From positions 17,484,001 to 17,548,000 of the forward strand of contig OZ249436.1 of assembly GCA_965235115.1 (NCBI GenBank): a DNA stretch of 64,000 nucleotides, given 5' to 3'. Positions 1 to 13,400 of this stretch are shown here, in pieces. Position 1 is the stretch's first letter. Each line of letters starts with the position of its first letter. The position numbers and the translations under genes were made by a program. The stretch is from Laetmonice hystrix (Eukaryota). The notes under the pieces are model-generated. The model was not told the DNA's origin, did no database searches, and saw only the letters and a program-made list of their open reading frames with translations.

Positions 1-240
1 GGCTGTGGCTGGGGGTGTGGCTGCTATACTGTGGCTGTAGGCTGGCTGTGACTGTGGGATGTGGGCTGTGGCTGGGGGTGTGGCTGCTATACTGTGGCTG
101 TAGGCTGGCTGAGACTGTGGGTTGTGGGCTGTGGCTGGGGGTGTGGCTGCTATACTGTGGCTGTAGGCTGGCTGTGACTGTGGGATGTGGGCTGTGGCTG
201 GGGGTGTGGCTGTAGGCTGGCTGTGACTGTGGGATGTGGA
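1..240. repeat. 63-bp GT-rich tandem repeat, about 3.7 copies (truncated by window start)
   Basis: GGCTGTGGCTGGGGGTGTGGCTGCTATACTGT... recurs every 63 nt. Confidence 0.9.
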
Positions 241-1093
241 CTGTGCATGGCTCTGGCGTAGTTTCCAGCTGCACAACTGAGGTGGAATAAAGATGTACGG
301 TAGTTTGACACGTAGGCCTACAGTAACGGAGTCAGGGAAACCCCCTTACCCCCCTCAATGTTTTCTTAACCCCCCCCCCCCCTCCCGCCAACACCCGCCA
401 ACATTGTGCTGTGTCGGTGTGGGACGAGTGTTTGGGACGGGGAAGTGAGGGAATGACCTCTCCGTGACCTCATGGCATAACCATCGGGGTATTTACCCCC
501 GAGATAGATGTGTGGGCGTCGGGTGGGAACCTTTGGACTTTTGGGATTAGGCATATTGGTAGATCTTTCGTTCTTACCCCCAGATTTCGTTTCGTTACCA
601 TGGTCACAGAACCCCCCCCCCCCTCCACCCTATGAAAACGTTACCTCGGTTCAGAAGGGGGTTGAATAATTGCGACGGCAAAATGACGTTAATTTAACTT
701 AATTTGATGTAATTTAACGGTATGGGAATGTGGATGTATTGGATAATTGGTGACCTCGTCACCAGTCACCGCGGTGTGCAATGACATTCATTGAGATAAT
801 TTGTCCCATGTGACGGGGTGGTAACCCCCCACCCCCACCCCACCCCCATCCACGGCCCGGCCAGTCAAACAAACCCGACACGTCCCATATTATAAACCTA
901 TCCTTCATTTACTTATCGCAGTGGAAGTGCCTAGAAAACAAAACAAATATTAGATACACTAATGGCTTATCAGTGAATGTATTGCCATTTCGGGGTACGA
1001 CTTGGGAAGTGTGGAAAATGAAATCAAATGGTATGTCGTCATCCCCCGAGGGTCCCCTGAGGACTTGATGAGTCACGATCAATTAATGGGTCC

Positions 1094-1197
1094 GTGACTT
1101 ATAATACACAGAGCTCCGAGTCGGTGACTTATAATACACAGAGCTCCGAGTCGGTGACTTATAATACACAGAGCTCCGAGTCGGTGACTTATAATCA
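1094..1197. repeat. 30-bp tandem repeat, about 3.5 copies
   Basis: GTGACTTATAATACACAGAGCTCCGAGTCG. Confidence 0.9.
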
Positions 1198-3482
1198 ACA
1201 CAGTCCATGCTGGCTGGACAGTCTGACTCAGTCACGATCCCCTACCGGTCACTCATTCAATCACTCATTGTCCAGTCAAGGGTAGGCCCATACTCTATCC
1301 GGGAGGGGTGGGGAGGATGTTTGCGAATCTAATATTAAAAAAAGGACAGAAGAGGTCCATCTTTCCACCTGAAACATTGCTATGCTAGTATGGATGTTTT
1401 AAAGGAACTCGGTGGCCAGGAAAGGAAGGCGTTAATGTTTTAAGAGCCACTGTGAGCCTGACCGTTGCTGACTTTGGATCTGGAATGTCCTCCACAAGTG
1501 ATTGAGATATGAAACTGGTCAGACATGCCAGAGTTTTGGATGTAACCTAGCCACAAACATTGCCATGAAAGTGCTCTTATTTTCTAACATTGACGTCGAC
1601 TTGCGCCATTAACTCTTGATTACTCCCATATAAGTCCTGTGATGCACTGGCATCGGAACGCCAAGGATTCCCCAGCGTTCCTGTCTATAAATAGAAGGGA
1701 ACGCCGTCTGTGACGTCACCGTCAGTGCCAGGCTCCCATACTTTGTCTATTCTCGGCAGGCGGTGCTGGCTTCCCCAGAAAGCGTGACGTCAGAGCGGGC
1801 GGTGAACAATGAAAGCGTTTGAGATCTAAGAACGCGCCGCGGTGTACAATGGAAGCGGTTGAGATCTAAGAACGTGCCGCTGCTAGTATTGTTGTCGGAC
1901 TCTGAACAAGTGTTTTCATATTGATGTTTGTCAGAGTTAGAGCGCCAAAGGCACTAACACAGGCGCCAGTAAACCAACATGTTGTATGTCTGTGGTTGTT
2001 AATGTTGCAACTTTCCGTGAAACTGGCAGAAACTCCAATTGTTTGACCGGGGGTCAGAGTTCAGGGAAACGCGCGGGGGCAGTCAGATGGAACGGACCAG
2101 TCCAACCCTCCAACTAAAGTTTGAACTTTTCCTGTCACCCCCTGTAGGGGGAGGGCAAAGTTTGGCGGTCATCAGACTTGAAACATGGTGAAAGGGTAGG
2201 GGTAAATTGTCTTGCCAGCCCACCCCCTCGCCCCTATCCTACCCCCTGTGTCTTTGATTACATTTAACACGCACAGAATATAATACTGACTAAACACCCA
2301 GCGGTGTCTGCGAGAAAGTCGTTAGGCCATTCAGTCAATCTCCATTGTAATGGAAGTGGTTAAGTTTAATAGACAAGTGTGTATTTGTTTGTTAGTAGGC
2401 CTACAATAATAATACCATTCATTATGACGGTAATTGTAAACGCATTGTCTCTTGGTTCCCTAACTAATGTCTGAGTCATTACAAACTGTGAAAAGTTTAT
2501 TTGTCTCCATATGTTTTATCAGTTGTTGTACAGAATAACCCGGGAAACAATCATCGGATATAGGTTACTTTCAAAGTCTTCCATATATCCCACAATGCCC
2601 GAGAATTGATTGCTAGATTTCACGTTTTTTTTCTGGAGTTCACGAAGACGCTGAGATTTGTGCTGGGTCAAGGTGAGATCACATGGTCGCGTGGGTACGA
2701 TTACTTTTGGCAGTGAGGTATAAAGAATAATGTTGTCTAAAGAATAATGTGTTAGTGATTTGGGAGCGATAATTTACATTTCCTTGTATACCGTACGTGT
2801 TTGTTCTGTTTGGCCTAAGAACGCGGTTCACCCACACACCTGTGCAGGTAGACACAGGTGTGCTCACCCCCGGTGGGTCCAGGGGGTGAAGGGGATGAGG
2901 GGGTTTGCGCATCACCCCGGGGTGCCGGGGGTAGACAACATCACCCCGGGGTGCCGGGGGTAGATAATGGGGGTTCGTCAGTGAGACTGATCGGTGTCAG
3001 CGTCTTGTCAGGTCGGACGGACGCTGTGCCTATTGGTATTGACCATCGGTAAGTCGGCCCTGACCACCCCAGGTTACACCCCCAGCAGGGGTACACCCTC
3101 TCACCCCCAGGGGGTTCCCGAGAGGGAGATCACATAGGACAATAACCGGCTGTTTCATTAGCCAAGGTCACCAGATAAATGTCAGTCGAACGCTGAGTTC
3201 GTATTGACGTCTGTTTTACGTGACACGTGGTGTTATTCTGGGCGAACGAGAAAACTTGATTCTAAAACAGGCAACATTCACGTCCGAGGTGTGCAGAATT
3301 TGGATTTCCATGGCAACCCGCAATGCCTTCCTCTGTGGCCGGTGTGTCACTGACGTATCTGAGAGAGAGGCAGTCCGGAGGCTCCCTGGGGGCTGGGAGC
3401 TCACTGCGACCAGCCCGCTGTGGCTGTGTGGGCGGCCAGCACCCCCCCCCCCCGTTAGAAGCGGTGTCAGTACCTGGGGAGG

Positions 3483-3526
3483 CTATAAAGGTAGGGAGGG
3501 GCGGAGACAGGCTCTCAGACCAATCT
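3483..3526 (+). promoter_or_regulatory. Candidate TATA-box promoter for RASGEF1
   Basis: GGCTATAAAG in a GC-rich context, followed by a long putative 5' exon ending at a consensus donor at 4063/4064. Confidence 0.4.
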
Positions 3527-4042
3527 GAGCTCAGACAGCACGTTTGGTCGGCCGTGTGGAACCTGGATTCCCAGTTCAGTTGCTGGAACACACACAGACT
3601 ATAGATCTGCTGGAGTACACGCTCAGCCAGAGCTGCCAATCACAGAGTACATACAACTGGAGTAGAATGAACTGCTGAAACCACAGCTCAGAGTGCCAAC
3701 CCGGACCTCGGTACTCCCAGACCCAGCGCCGGTTATATTTGTCACGGTTTGTACCACACACAGACTTCGGTCGCATCCACAGTTGTGACCAGTGGTAACC
3801 GAGGACACAGTGAACTGTGGCTGACACCAAGCTCGATGTGTCATTGCGGTGAGGAGTGGAATAAACATAGCTCGAGTGTAGGAGTTTTACACTGAGACCA
3901 ACATCAAGTGACGGACCACAGCAAGAGATCAGTGTAGGAGTTTTACACTGACACCAACTTACATCACTGACCGGGCCTGGAGCTCAGTCAGTGATCCCGA
4001 ACAGTTTACAGTCAGTGGGACCCGTCATACCGCGGCCTGACT

Positions 4043-4063
4043 ATGCCTTGTATTGAACTGAAG
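4043..4063 (+). CDS. RASGEF1: Probable first coding exon segment of RASGEF1 (MPCIELK), end of a first exon of about 3515-4063
   Basis: ATG CCT TGT ATT GAA CTG AAG is followed by a strong AAG|GTGAGT donor in phase 0, matching the phase-0 acceptor at 10460. TATAAA lies upstream at 3485. Confidence 0.55.
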
Positions 4064-4504
4064 GTGAGTGTATAACACCGACCTCTTCAAACGGTCAGTC
4101 TCTCTGTCGTTCGGACTATTTGGCTGTCCTTCTAGCTCTCTCTCTATGTCTGTCTGTCTCGCTGTCTCTTCTAGGGGACGAGACGGCTATGGTCGGCCAG
4201 TCGTCCCTGAACACTTCGGTTTATATCACTGGGAGCTCAAATATCACGTGCTATAATATGGAGGCTGGAGCAGAATCTTGTGGTCATTAGGGGACCTCAT
4301 ATTGTGGTTTATTATTGGGACATGGGACACCAGAGGACGGTTTGTTATTGGTGTATAGGACATCATAGGACGGTTTGTTATTTGGACATGGGACATCATA
4401 TTGCGGTTTGTTGATTGTGTGACGTGGACCATTGATTGTTGTTTATTTAGAGATAGGACACGTAGATAATTACGCAAGGGGTACCGAATGTCCGTTACAC
4501 GGGA

Positions 4505-4927
4505 AGTATGTGTTTGTCGTTATCTCCAGTAACAGTTATCAGATCGTATCTGATCCTAGTATCTTGTCGTACCAGGACTCTCCGTCCACTCCGTTATGTA
4601 TGTGTTTGTCCCGTTATGTATGTGTTTGTCGTTATCTCCAGTAACAGTAATCAGATCGTATCTGATCCTAGTATCTTGTCGTACCAGGACTCTCCGTCCA
4701 CTCCGTTATGTATGTGTTTGTCCCGTTATGTACATGTGTTTGTCGTTATCTCCAGTAACAGTTATCAGATCGTATCTGATCCTAGTATCTTGTCGTACCA
4801 GGACTCTCCGTCCACTCCGTTATGTATGTGTTTGTCCCGTTATGTATGTGTTTGTCGTTATCTCCAGTAACAGTTATCAGATCGTATCTGATCCTAGTAT
4901 CTTGTTGTACCAGGACTCTCCGTCCAC
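4505..4927. repeat. Tandem repeat of about 112 bp, about 3.8 copies
   Basis: ...GTTATCTCCAGTAACAGTTATCAGATCGTATCTGATCCTAGTATC... recurring. Confidence 0.9.
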
Positions 4928-5367
4928 TCGCATCCCATTGGAGGGTTTAAATGTGTTTGTTGTTTCAGACATCAGCCAGTCATGATTCCTATGTCACTTG
5001 TTTGTTTGTTCCATTTCAAAGTTAGATATATGTCTTGGTTTAGTTTATTCTATTAATAATGAAATACCCAGAGGAAAATATTTGTGTGAAATGAGTGTAG
5101 GGTATATTGTAATTTTTTATGGGCACAGATGGAAGGAAATTGAACATAGCAATCGAGTTTTACCATGTTGACTTTGGAAGGATGCGTTTACACCGAGCAG
5201 TGTTGTTGTGCTGACTCAGGAAGTGTTGACATCTGACGAGTTGATATGATACAAGGTCATCATCCTGAAACTAGAGGTCACTATCACGTTACCTCCTGAA
5301 CGCTGTCAGATGACTGGCTCCCAAGGAAGGCTGACAGATAGTCATGGGGACATTTTAACGTACACAT

Positions 5368-5613
5368 CTGCTATCTCTGAATGGTGAGGCTGTGGTTGAG
5401 AACAGCTGTCTCTGAATGGTGAGGCTGTGGTTGAGAACAGCTGTCTCTGAATGGTGAGGCTGTGGTTGAGAACAGCTATCTCTGAATCGTGAGGCTGTGG
5501 TTGAGAACAGCTATCTCTGAATGGTGAGGCTGTGGTTGAGAACAGCTATCTCTGAATGGTGAGGCTGTGGTTGAGAACAGCTGTCTCTGAATGGTGATGC
5601 TGTGGTTGAGAAC
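5368..5613. repeat. 35-bp tandem repeat, 7 copies
   Basis: CTGTCTCTGAATGGTGAGGCTGTGGTTGAGAACAG. Confidence 0.9.
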
Positions 5614-5977
5614 TGATGTGAATCTGTCCCAGAATCACGCTTGGGGTTCACCTGTCTCCCATGTCACATGACCAGCGAGATGATCACATGACCAGTGATC
5701 ACGTGACCAATGAGATCATCGCGACCAGCGAGGATATGATTCGGGGTAACTTCCTGGGTGAGTGAGTCAGTCCCCAGGGAGGACGGGTAGGGGGTGGGGG
5801 TTGATGACTTCACCCTCACCCTCAGGGGTAGGGCACAGGGTGGATGACATGTACAGGTGTGGCAGGCCCAGAAGTGACACTTTTATTGGTAGGATAGTGA
5901 AAACAACGTGCTGAACAGGCAGACAGACAAGGTATTGACGTTTGAAGGTGTCGCTCTCAGATCACAAGCGGGCCGCT

Positions 5978-6215
5978 CTTCTTGGAGGCTGGTTCGTGGA
6001 CCACTCTGCTTGGAGACTGCTCAGTGGAAACGGTCTGCTTGGAGGCTGGTTCGTGGACCACTCTGCTTGGAGACTGCTCAGTGGAAACGGTCTGCTTGGA
6101 GGCTGGTTCGTGGACCACTCTGCTTGGAGACTGGTCCATGGAAACGCTCTGCTTGGAGGCTGGTTCGTGGACCACTTTGTTTGGAGACTGCTCAGTGGAG
6201 CCATTCTGCTTGGAG
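5978..6215. repeat. 57-bp tandem repeat, about 4 copies
   Basis: CTGCTTGGAGGCTGGTTCGTGGACCACTCTGCTTGGAGACTGCTCAGTGGAAACGGT. Confidence 0.9.
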
Positions 6216-9200
6216 AGTGTCACTCACACAGATCGATCTCTCGGTGTTCAGGAAACGGTTTTACTGAGATGGTGTTCACAAATGTTCACTCCGTATTTAC
6301 AGAGACGGTATTTTACGGTATTTTAGACACAATCTAAAACTCAATGTTCACAAGCGTGAAAGTCTCGGTGTTCACAGACATGAAGAGTGTCTAGACTGTC
6401 TATGACTGCTGTGTTCACCGTGAGACGGGGACCATCCCGCCACCGCCACCCCAGACATATTCCTGACATACTGCCCTAAACTTTACACAATGCCCCAGGC
6501 ATCAGGACTGATTCATCATGGACGAATGACAGGAACAAAAAGTAATTCCACTTTTCTTTCTCGCTCGGAGCGTTACAGAGCGGTATTTCCCCCAAGTGCC
6601 TGGGCCTTGAGGTTGACGCTAAAACAAGCGCCAATAGAGCGCTGGCCGCCGATTATACACCGTCTCAATCCCTTTATAACTGATTATTACATGTATGTAC
6701 TTATATTCTTAACACCTTGTAATCCTACTTATCGGTAATCTCATTGATCCCCCCACCTGTGTGTATAGTGGCGCCCTATAGTCGGAAATCATAATCTTTT
6801 AACCTATTTTTGAGACAGTTCTTGGTAGCGGTTTGTAGTGGAAGGTGAGCTTGGCTGACCACACCCGGAACATGACACGAATCGTGTCCGAGCAAACTGC
6901 AGGCTGTAGTTTTATTGCTGCAGTATGTTGGACAATATGGCGTCGGGTGTCATATATAGCTGTAGTATTCAAGTGGTCATCAAACGTTGCTCAGGACGGT
7001 CATGAACAGTCGACGCGCGTCTCCCAAACCCCCCGCACACCCACCACCCACACACACGGTGAGCGTCCACGCGCGGCCAGCTCATTAAACGTGATAAAAC
7101 CATTCAGTAAAAACGGAGGGGGTCGGGGGGTCGGTAAAATAACTCCTGTTGTCATGGCTGGAGCAAAGCTTGGCCTGTAGTCCTGTATCCTATTTTAAGG
7201 TGTAATCAGGGATTTGATTATGTGCAATGAATAAACGTAAGAAATAGATAGGATCCATCCTGGATGCCCCAGTGAAGGGTTGCAACCCTCCCCCCTCACC
7301 CGTGAGAAGTGGACTCGACTATTGACTGGCAGTTCGACCTGGCTGCCAGTGAGAGAACCGCAGCTTGCTGACTGCTGGCTGGCAATGCTTGCTTTCCGTG
7401 CCGCTATGCTCTAGATACTACCGCCCTGCTCCCCGAATCTGGCGTATTTCAATACTCCTGCCAGCCTGCTAACGACGCCTGGATAGCGTCTGGTTGGCCC
7501 AGCCCCCGCCGGATCCCACCTACAGTGACCCCCGCCCTTGTTGGATGATCAGGACGGACATCGGTCACAACACGAGGATAGTGTTTGTTGTCAGCTGCTG
7601 CCGCCGCACGCGCTCGCCAGCCAGCGGCTTACTGGAAACAACGTGGTCAAAATGGAGGCAGTTCAAATCTGGGTCAGTCACGGCCGCTGCCGTACTTTGT
7701 GTGAGGAATAGTAAACTGTGTGTAGGGGGGCTGGGCTTGCACGGAACCGGTCCGGCTGCCCGCCCCGGTACAGGTGGACACTTCCCGGCTGCACGTCCAC
7801 ATCAACACGTCTGCCTCACGGTCAGCGGCACGGACGTGGAGTCAGTGAACGCCCAGCACTAGCGTCTGTTTACGTCGTCACGACACTGGTCAGCGTACCC
7901 GCTCCCTCCCTCAGAGCAGAGGGCGTCGGTCGGTGACGCCTACACACTTTTGTTGTTGTTGGAGGCGCCAGCAGTGTGGATTATAGTAGCGCCACGCTTC
8001 ACGTACAGGACGTAGGGCGGACAGAGACGCCTTGTGGGTTGTGATGTTATGAACATGTCGTCTGCCCGAGAATGGCGGGCAGCGTTTTGTGGAGGACGTT
8101 GTGGACGTGACGTTACGCTTGACGCGGCGGTAGGATAACGTAACGTTACGGACGTGGATTATACGCACCTTTCACACCTCCGTCTCTGGAGGAGAGAACG
8201 TGTTACGGAAACCCCAGCATCAGCGGCTACAAGCCCCCACCCCCCTCCGACATAAATTATAGACGGCACAGGAAGAATGCAAGAGGTAAATGTCTAATGT
8301 ATGTGGACCATGTCCATACTCTGGTACTCCCATAGTCGTACCATGGAGTGGAGTGGCAGACTGGCAGATCTGGTGACAGTCCTTTGACACCAGCTGTGGT
8401 GGTGGTGGAGGTAGCCGCCACATGTCCAACCAAAGCCCGCAGCCTTCCGTGCATGGGGAGAAATGGGGTCAAAACGATTTGATAAGTTAATCATGATTCA
8501 TAGTCAGTTGTGGTAAACATCATTATCCTGGTAGAACATGCAGAGTTGGGTCCAGGAGAGAACAGGGGAAATTGACGTCAGAGGAAAACATGGCCACATG
8601 TTTGCCGCCCACATTAATTTACCCGGTTCTCACTGGGAGTTTATTTGAGCACTAAATCATTCATTCATAGAAAGAAATCTTTTAGTTTTAAAAGTAGATT
8701 GGTTTCGGCTGGGCCCCCAAACTATAAAGATGGTCTGTGTATGCTAATGGGTGGAAATCCTTTCACAGGGAGAGATTTACGAGTGTAAGCGGTGGTTACA
8801 TAAGATCAGATTGAGTAGATTGTGGAGACAAGTGGTTTTAAAACCGAGGACGTGACACGATCGTTACGTCATTTATTGATGGTGATTTGTGGGTGTCACT
8901 TTCTCGGTGGTTTAATGAGAAATTGAGAGAGCATCTCACAAAGTCTCATGAGGTGTTGTGATGGGGGCTGGGGGTCAGCGGGCCATTGAGGGGAGGAGGT
9001 AATTATTGTAGGGTTGCTATGTTTGGGTAGGTGGATTGTCGCTATATAGTTATACCCCAGTCATCAGTCTAAACATAGGCCAGGCAGGAAGTAATGGCAC
9101 TACTTAATCTGACTTGAAATTAGAAATTGAATATTCAGGGGTACATTGTATTCAGTTTTAGAAGTATCTTGCTTTTGTAGGGTGTTTGTTCAAATTAGGA

Positions 9201-10459
9201 GGCCGAGACTCCGCTGTTTCCCGTCATATAACGACAAGCAGTCAAGAAGTCCTTGCAACGTTTACCCTGGTACTGCCAGTATGCTTGGATGGATTTAAAT
9301 TAGTTTTCTTATCACGGGAGTCATTAAAAAACGACTTGGCAATAAGCGAAGTGATTAGAGAGTCAAATGACTTCCCTGTACTCGTGGTTCGGATGTTTTA
9401 TCTCGGACGCTGGGGCCGGCGTCTTCACATAGTTGGACCCCGCGTCCCCACCAGTCAATCCCAGCAGGCGGCGGCAAACATCAAAGAGACTACATCATTA
9501 GGCATGCATAGAACCGCAGGCTCCGTGACATATTTTCAGCCTCAGCAATTTCCCATGTCGTTTAACTGCATCAAGGGTGGCGCTTGGCGGTGAATTTAGG
9601 CTGGTGTTGGGGTTAGCTTCAGTCGACGGCGGACGCGAAACGGCACTGTCAGTGGCTGTATCTATCGATGCATATGAACCCCTCTGTCAGTGTCTCCGGT
9701 GCTGTCAGTGATTACGACTCTTTCCTTCCCGGCTCAATCTGCCTAAGTTCATGCGACAGTACGATATTGCAAATTGCGTCACTAAGTGGTGTCACGTGAC
9801 CTCCCAGCAATGATCAAAGGAAACCGAATGAGCCGACGGTAACAATCACTCAGATTCAAGAATCCCAAATCAAAAACCTCCGCCCGCTCCGCAGCTACTG
9901 AGTGCCGGGGGAATTACAGATTTTAATACTCGCCAATTAGGGTATCAATTTCTTTATTAAAAACTCTGCTTGAGTCCTCGAGTCTGTGAAGATATTCAGT
10001 CGAGTACTGGGGACATTAGATCTGTAAGGATTCCCTGTGATATGGGCCATTACACTTTCTGGCAGACATTGATAAATAAATCACTGATCGACTGAGGGTC
10101 GCCAGAGTTAGGTCCTTTGATGTTTAAATCGTAGTTTAAAGAAGGCATTAATACTGTCTTATTGCATTTAAAACGCTAATAACCAAAGACCTCTGTACCC
10201 AAGGAACCCGTGCTGTGGTTCGAAGTGAAGTTGGTGTATTGGTATTGGCTCCGAAACAGATGGAGCCAGTGGCTTCAGCCTTAGCACTCCCCCAGTCCTG
10301 TCTAAACCACCAGATATTGGTTCTGGTCTCTTGTTGATAGTACAATGGTCTCCATCGTATTGTTGTTGATCTATAGTTTGTTGTTGTTGACCTGTGGTTT
10401 GTTGTTGTTTACCGGTGGTTTGTTGTTGATTGCTGACAGTTTTCCTTCTGTGTTTGCAG

Positions 10460-13400
10460 GCACTGATTTACCAAGATGGCAACCTGCTGTCGGGGTCGGT
10501 GGAAGCCCTCATTCAGCATCTCGTGCCCACGGCCAAGTATTACCCGGATGTAAGTACGCCACGCCCTCTGCAGGGCATTAATCTCATTAAAATGTCCTTA
10601 CTCTAGACTCTCCCGGAACGTGACCTCTGGGGTCACCTTGAGGCCCGCCGCCATTTTAAATTATCGACGTTAAATAACATGCAGTCTGTGTCTTCTAACA
10701 TAACGAGAGATCTTTCGACGGGATTCGTGTGTACAAATATATCTTTGGTAAACATGAAGCCGTGATAAGTAGGTCAGATGAGTTTAGTGTTCCGTGACGC
10801 GGGAGACCGACCCCCCTCAGACCTCACGTCCCTGACGGGAGACCGACCCGCCTCAGACCTCACGTCCCTGACGGGAGACCGACCCGCCTCAGACCTCACG
10901 TCCCTGACGGGAGACCGACCCGCCTCAGACCTCACGTCCCTGACGGGAGACCGACCCGCCTCAGACCTCACGTCCCTGACGGGAGACCGATCCGCCGCAG
11001 ACCTTACGTCCCTGACGGGAGACCGACCCGCCTCAGACCTCACGTCCCTGACGGGAGACCGACCCGCCTCAGACCTCACGTCCCTGACGGGAGACCGACC
11101 CGCCTCAGACCTCACGTCCCTGACGGGAGACCGACCCGCCTCAGACCTCACGTCCCTGACGGGAGACCGACCCGCCTCAGACCTCACGTCCCTGGTTAGA
11201 GGCAGGGCAGGGAAAGGTTTTTTGGGGAGGGGAGAAATGAAAACTGAAGAAGTGTGTTGGGATCACATGGAAACGTGGCCCGGAACAGATAGAAACGGAT
11301 GGGAACTGACCGGGTCCGGAACAGATGGAGTAAAACGGCCGCCGATCTGACCCCACTTTCCAGGGGTCAGAAGTCATGTAGTACCGGCAGGCAGGGCTGG
11401 GGAGTGAAGAGGTCAGCAAGTACTGGGGGACTTCACGAAACGTATACCCGCATCTCTTAAATAGGCTTCAGGGAGGTAATCCCAAGGCATTCTACAACAT
11501 TTGCATAATCATGTCCGTACTTTACGACTAATAGAAGTTTCCATTTGCAAGACATTTTGTGTCTGTGCAACGAGTCAGCTGACCGGTTCAAGTCGGGAAC
11601 TGCCGTGACGTCACGGGTAAGAATATGGGTCTAGAATCTCCCACGGCCGGATCACTCCCACACCATAGCGTTACAGAAAGGGAAGTCCTTCCACCGGGAA
11701 ATTCGGCACCCAGCTGACTTGTGCTAGGTGACCGAGTCGATCGGATCCGTGCGATATTTACGTCACCTGGACGAGGAATGCCGAGATGAGAAAATCATGC
11801 AGCCATTGTGCCAGTTCCCGGAATGATAAACACTGACAGACATGTCCTCAATCTGTGACATGTCGGCATTGTTTGTAACACGTGGTCCTGATTAACAAAT
11901 CTTGTATAATTGTTGTTAGAATGTCCGTACGGCACGGCCATGGTACACGAGGAGGGGATGGAGCGGGGGGGTTTGACATCAGATCCGTCAGTCACCACAA
12001 ACATGACTGACGTGACTGACCTCTTGACCCCGGCGGTCACAGAGTCACCAAAAAGACAATACTGAACAGTTCAGCCTCTTGTTGATACCACACACAATAC
12101 ACAGATAATGTGTACGGAGGGCGGTTAAGTGTGTTCTCTTATTATGATAGGTGTTCAGGTAGCACTAATACCGGACGATAAAACGTACCGTTCGCTCAGT
12201 GTCAGAGTGGTTCTGACCGAGTTGGATGTTACACGTGTAGTGTAAGCAGCTGTCACAGGGGGCGCCACTCTCTAAGGCCGGTTTTCCTGGCTGGTAGTTT
12301 AGGGGTTGAGGATTATAGTAAACAGCCAACTGTTGGAGCCTGGGTCACGAGTCACAGACCACCAGTTCAAGGTCATGTTACACGTGTAGTGTGAGCGGGT
12401 GTCACAGGGGGCGCCACTCTCTAAGGACGGTTTTCCTGGCTGGTAGTTTAGGGGTTGAGGATTATAGTAAACAGCCAACTGTTGGGGCCTGGGTCACGAG
12501 TCACAGACCACCAGTTAAAGCTGGTGTTACACGCTGGATTACGAGTGTTGTAGTCTGACGTAACTGTAGTGGTAGTGGGGGTCGGGAGGTGGCCTCTGTC
12601 AGGTCTATAATTGTCGTCATCGTTCCTTGTTAGTGACCATCCAGTTTACACGGATAATTACCCCCATCAGTGGCCGGGAGGGTAGCAGGTCCGTTAAATC
12701 ACGGAATAGGGTGGATTGAGGTCACGATGACGTCAGAGGGTAGCTGTTGTATTATGGCTGTAGGGTGAACCGTACCGAATCCCGAGGAATCCAAGTAATC
12801 TACACAAACAACACTGCACGGCGGTAAATGCGATTACCAACATTATGTATGGATGTGAACGTTATGGACGCTTCGCTTCGCCCTCTTTAGGTCTGTGTAA
12901 TGTGCAGACTGTGTCAGGTCCTGGGTTATTATGTCAGCTTGTGATGGGGTAAAGAAAAGGTAGGATTCCCTTTACACCTGAGCAGCGACGTAATGTGTTT
13001 GAAGGTAACGTTTATCACTGGTTGTGGGAACTACACCTGCGATTAATAATGCCACGCTACAGGTGGGCAGCGTAGTCGAGATACACCTGTCTGAAGTTGT
13101 TAGTGAGACAAGCCCCTGGCTGTGAGCTAGGGAAGACTAGCCCCTGGCTGTGAGCTAGGGGAGACTAGCCCCCGGCTGTGAGCTAGGAGAGACTAGCCCC
13201 TGGCTGTGAGCTAGGAGAGACTAGCCCCTGGCTGTGAGCTAGGGGAGACTAGCCCCTGGCTGTGAGCTAGGGAAGACTAGCCCCTGGCTGTGAGCTAGGA
13301 GAGACTAGCCCCTGGCTGTGAGCTAGGAGAGACTAGCCCCTGGCTGTGAGCTAGGGGAGACTAGCCCCTGGCTGTGAGCTAGGGGAGACTAGCCCCTGGC

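Noticed and set aside
10774-11350. 137/190-aa repeat ORFs
   Set aside because: 36-bp intronic array; not part of the RASGEF1 frame.
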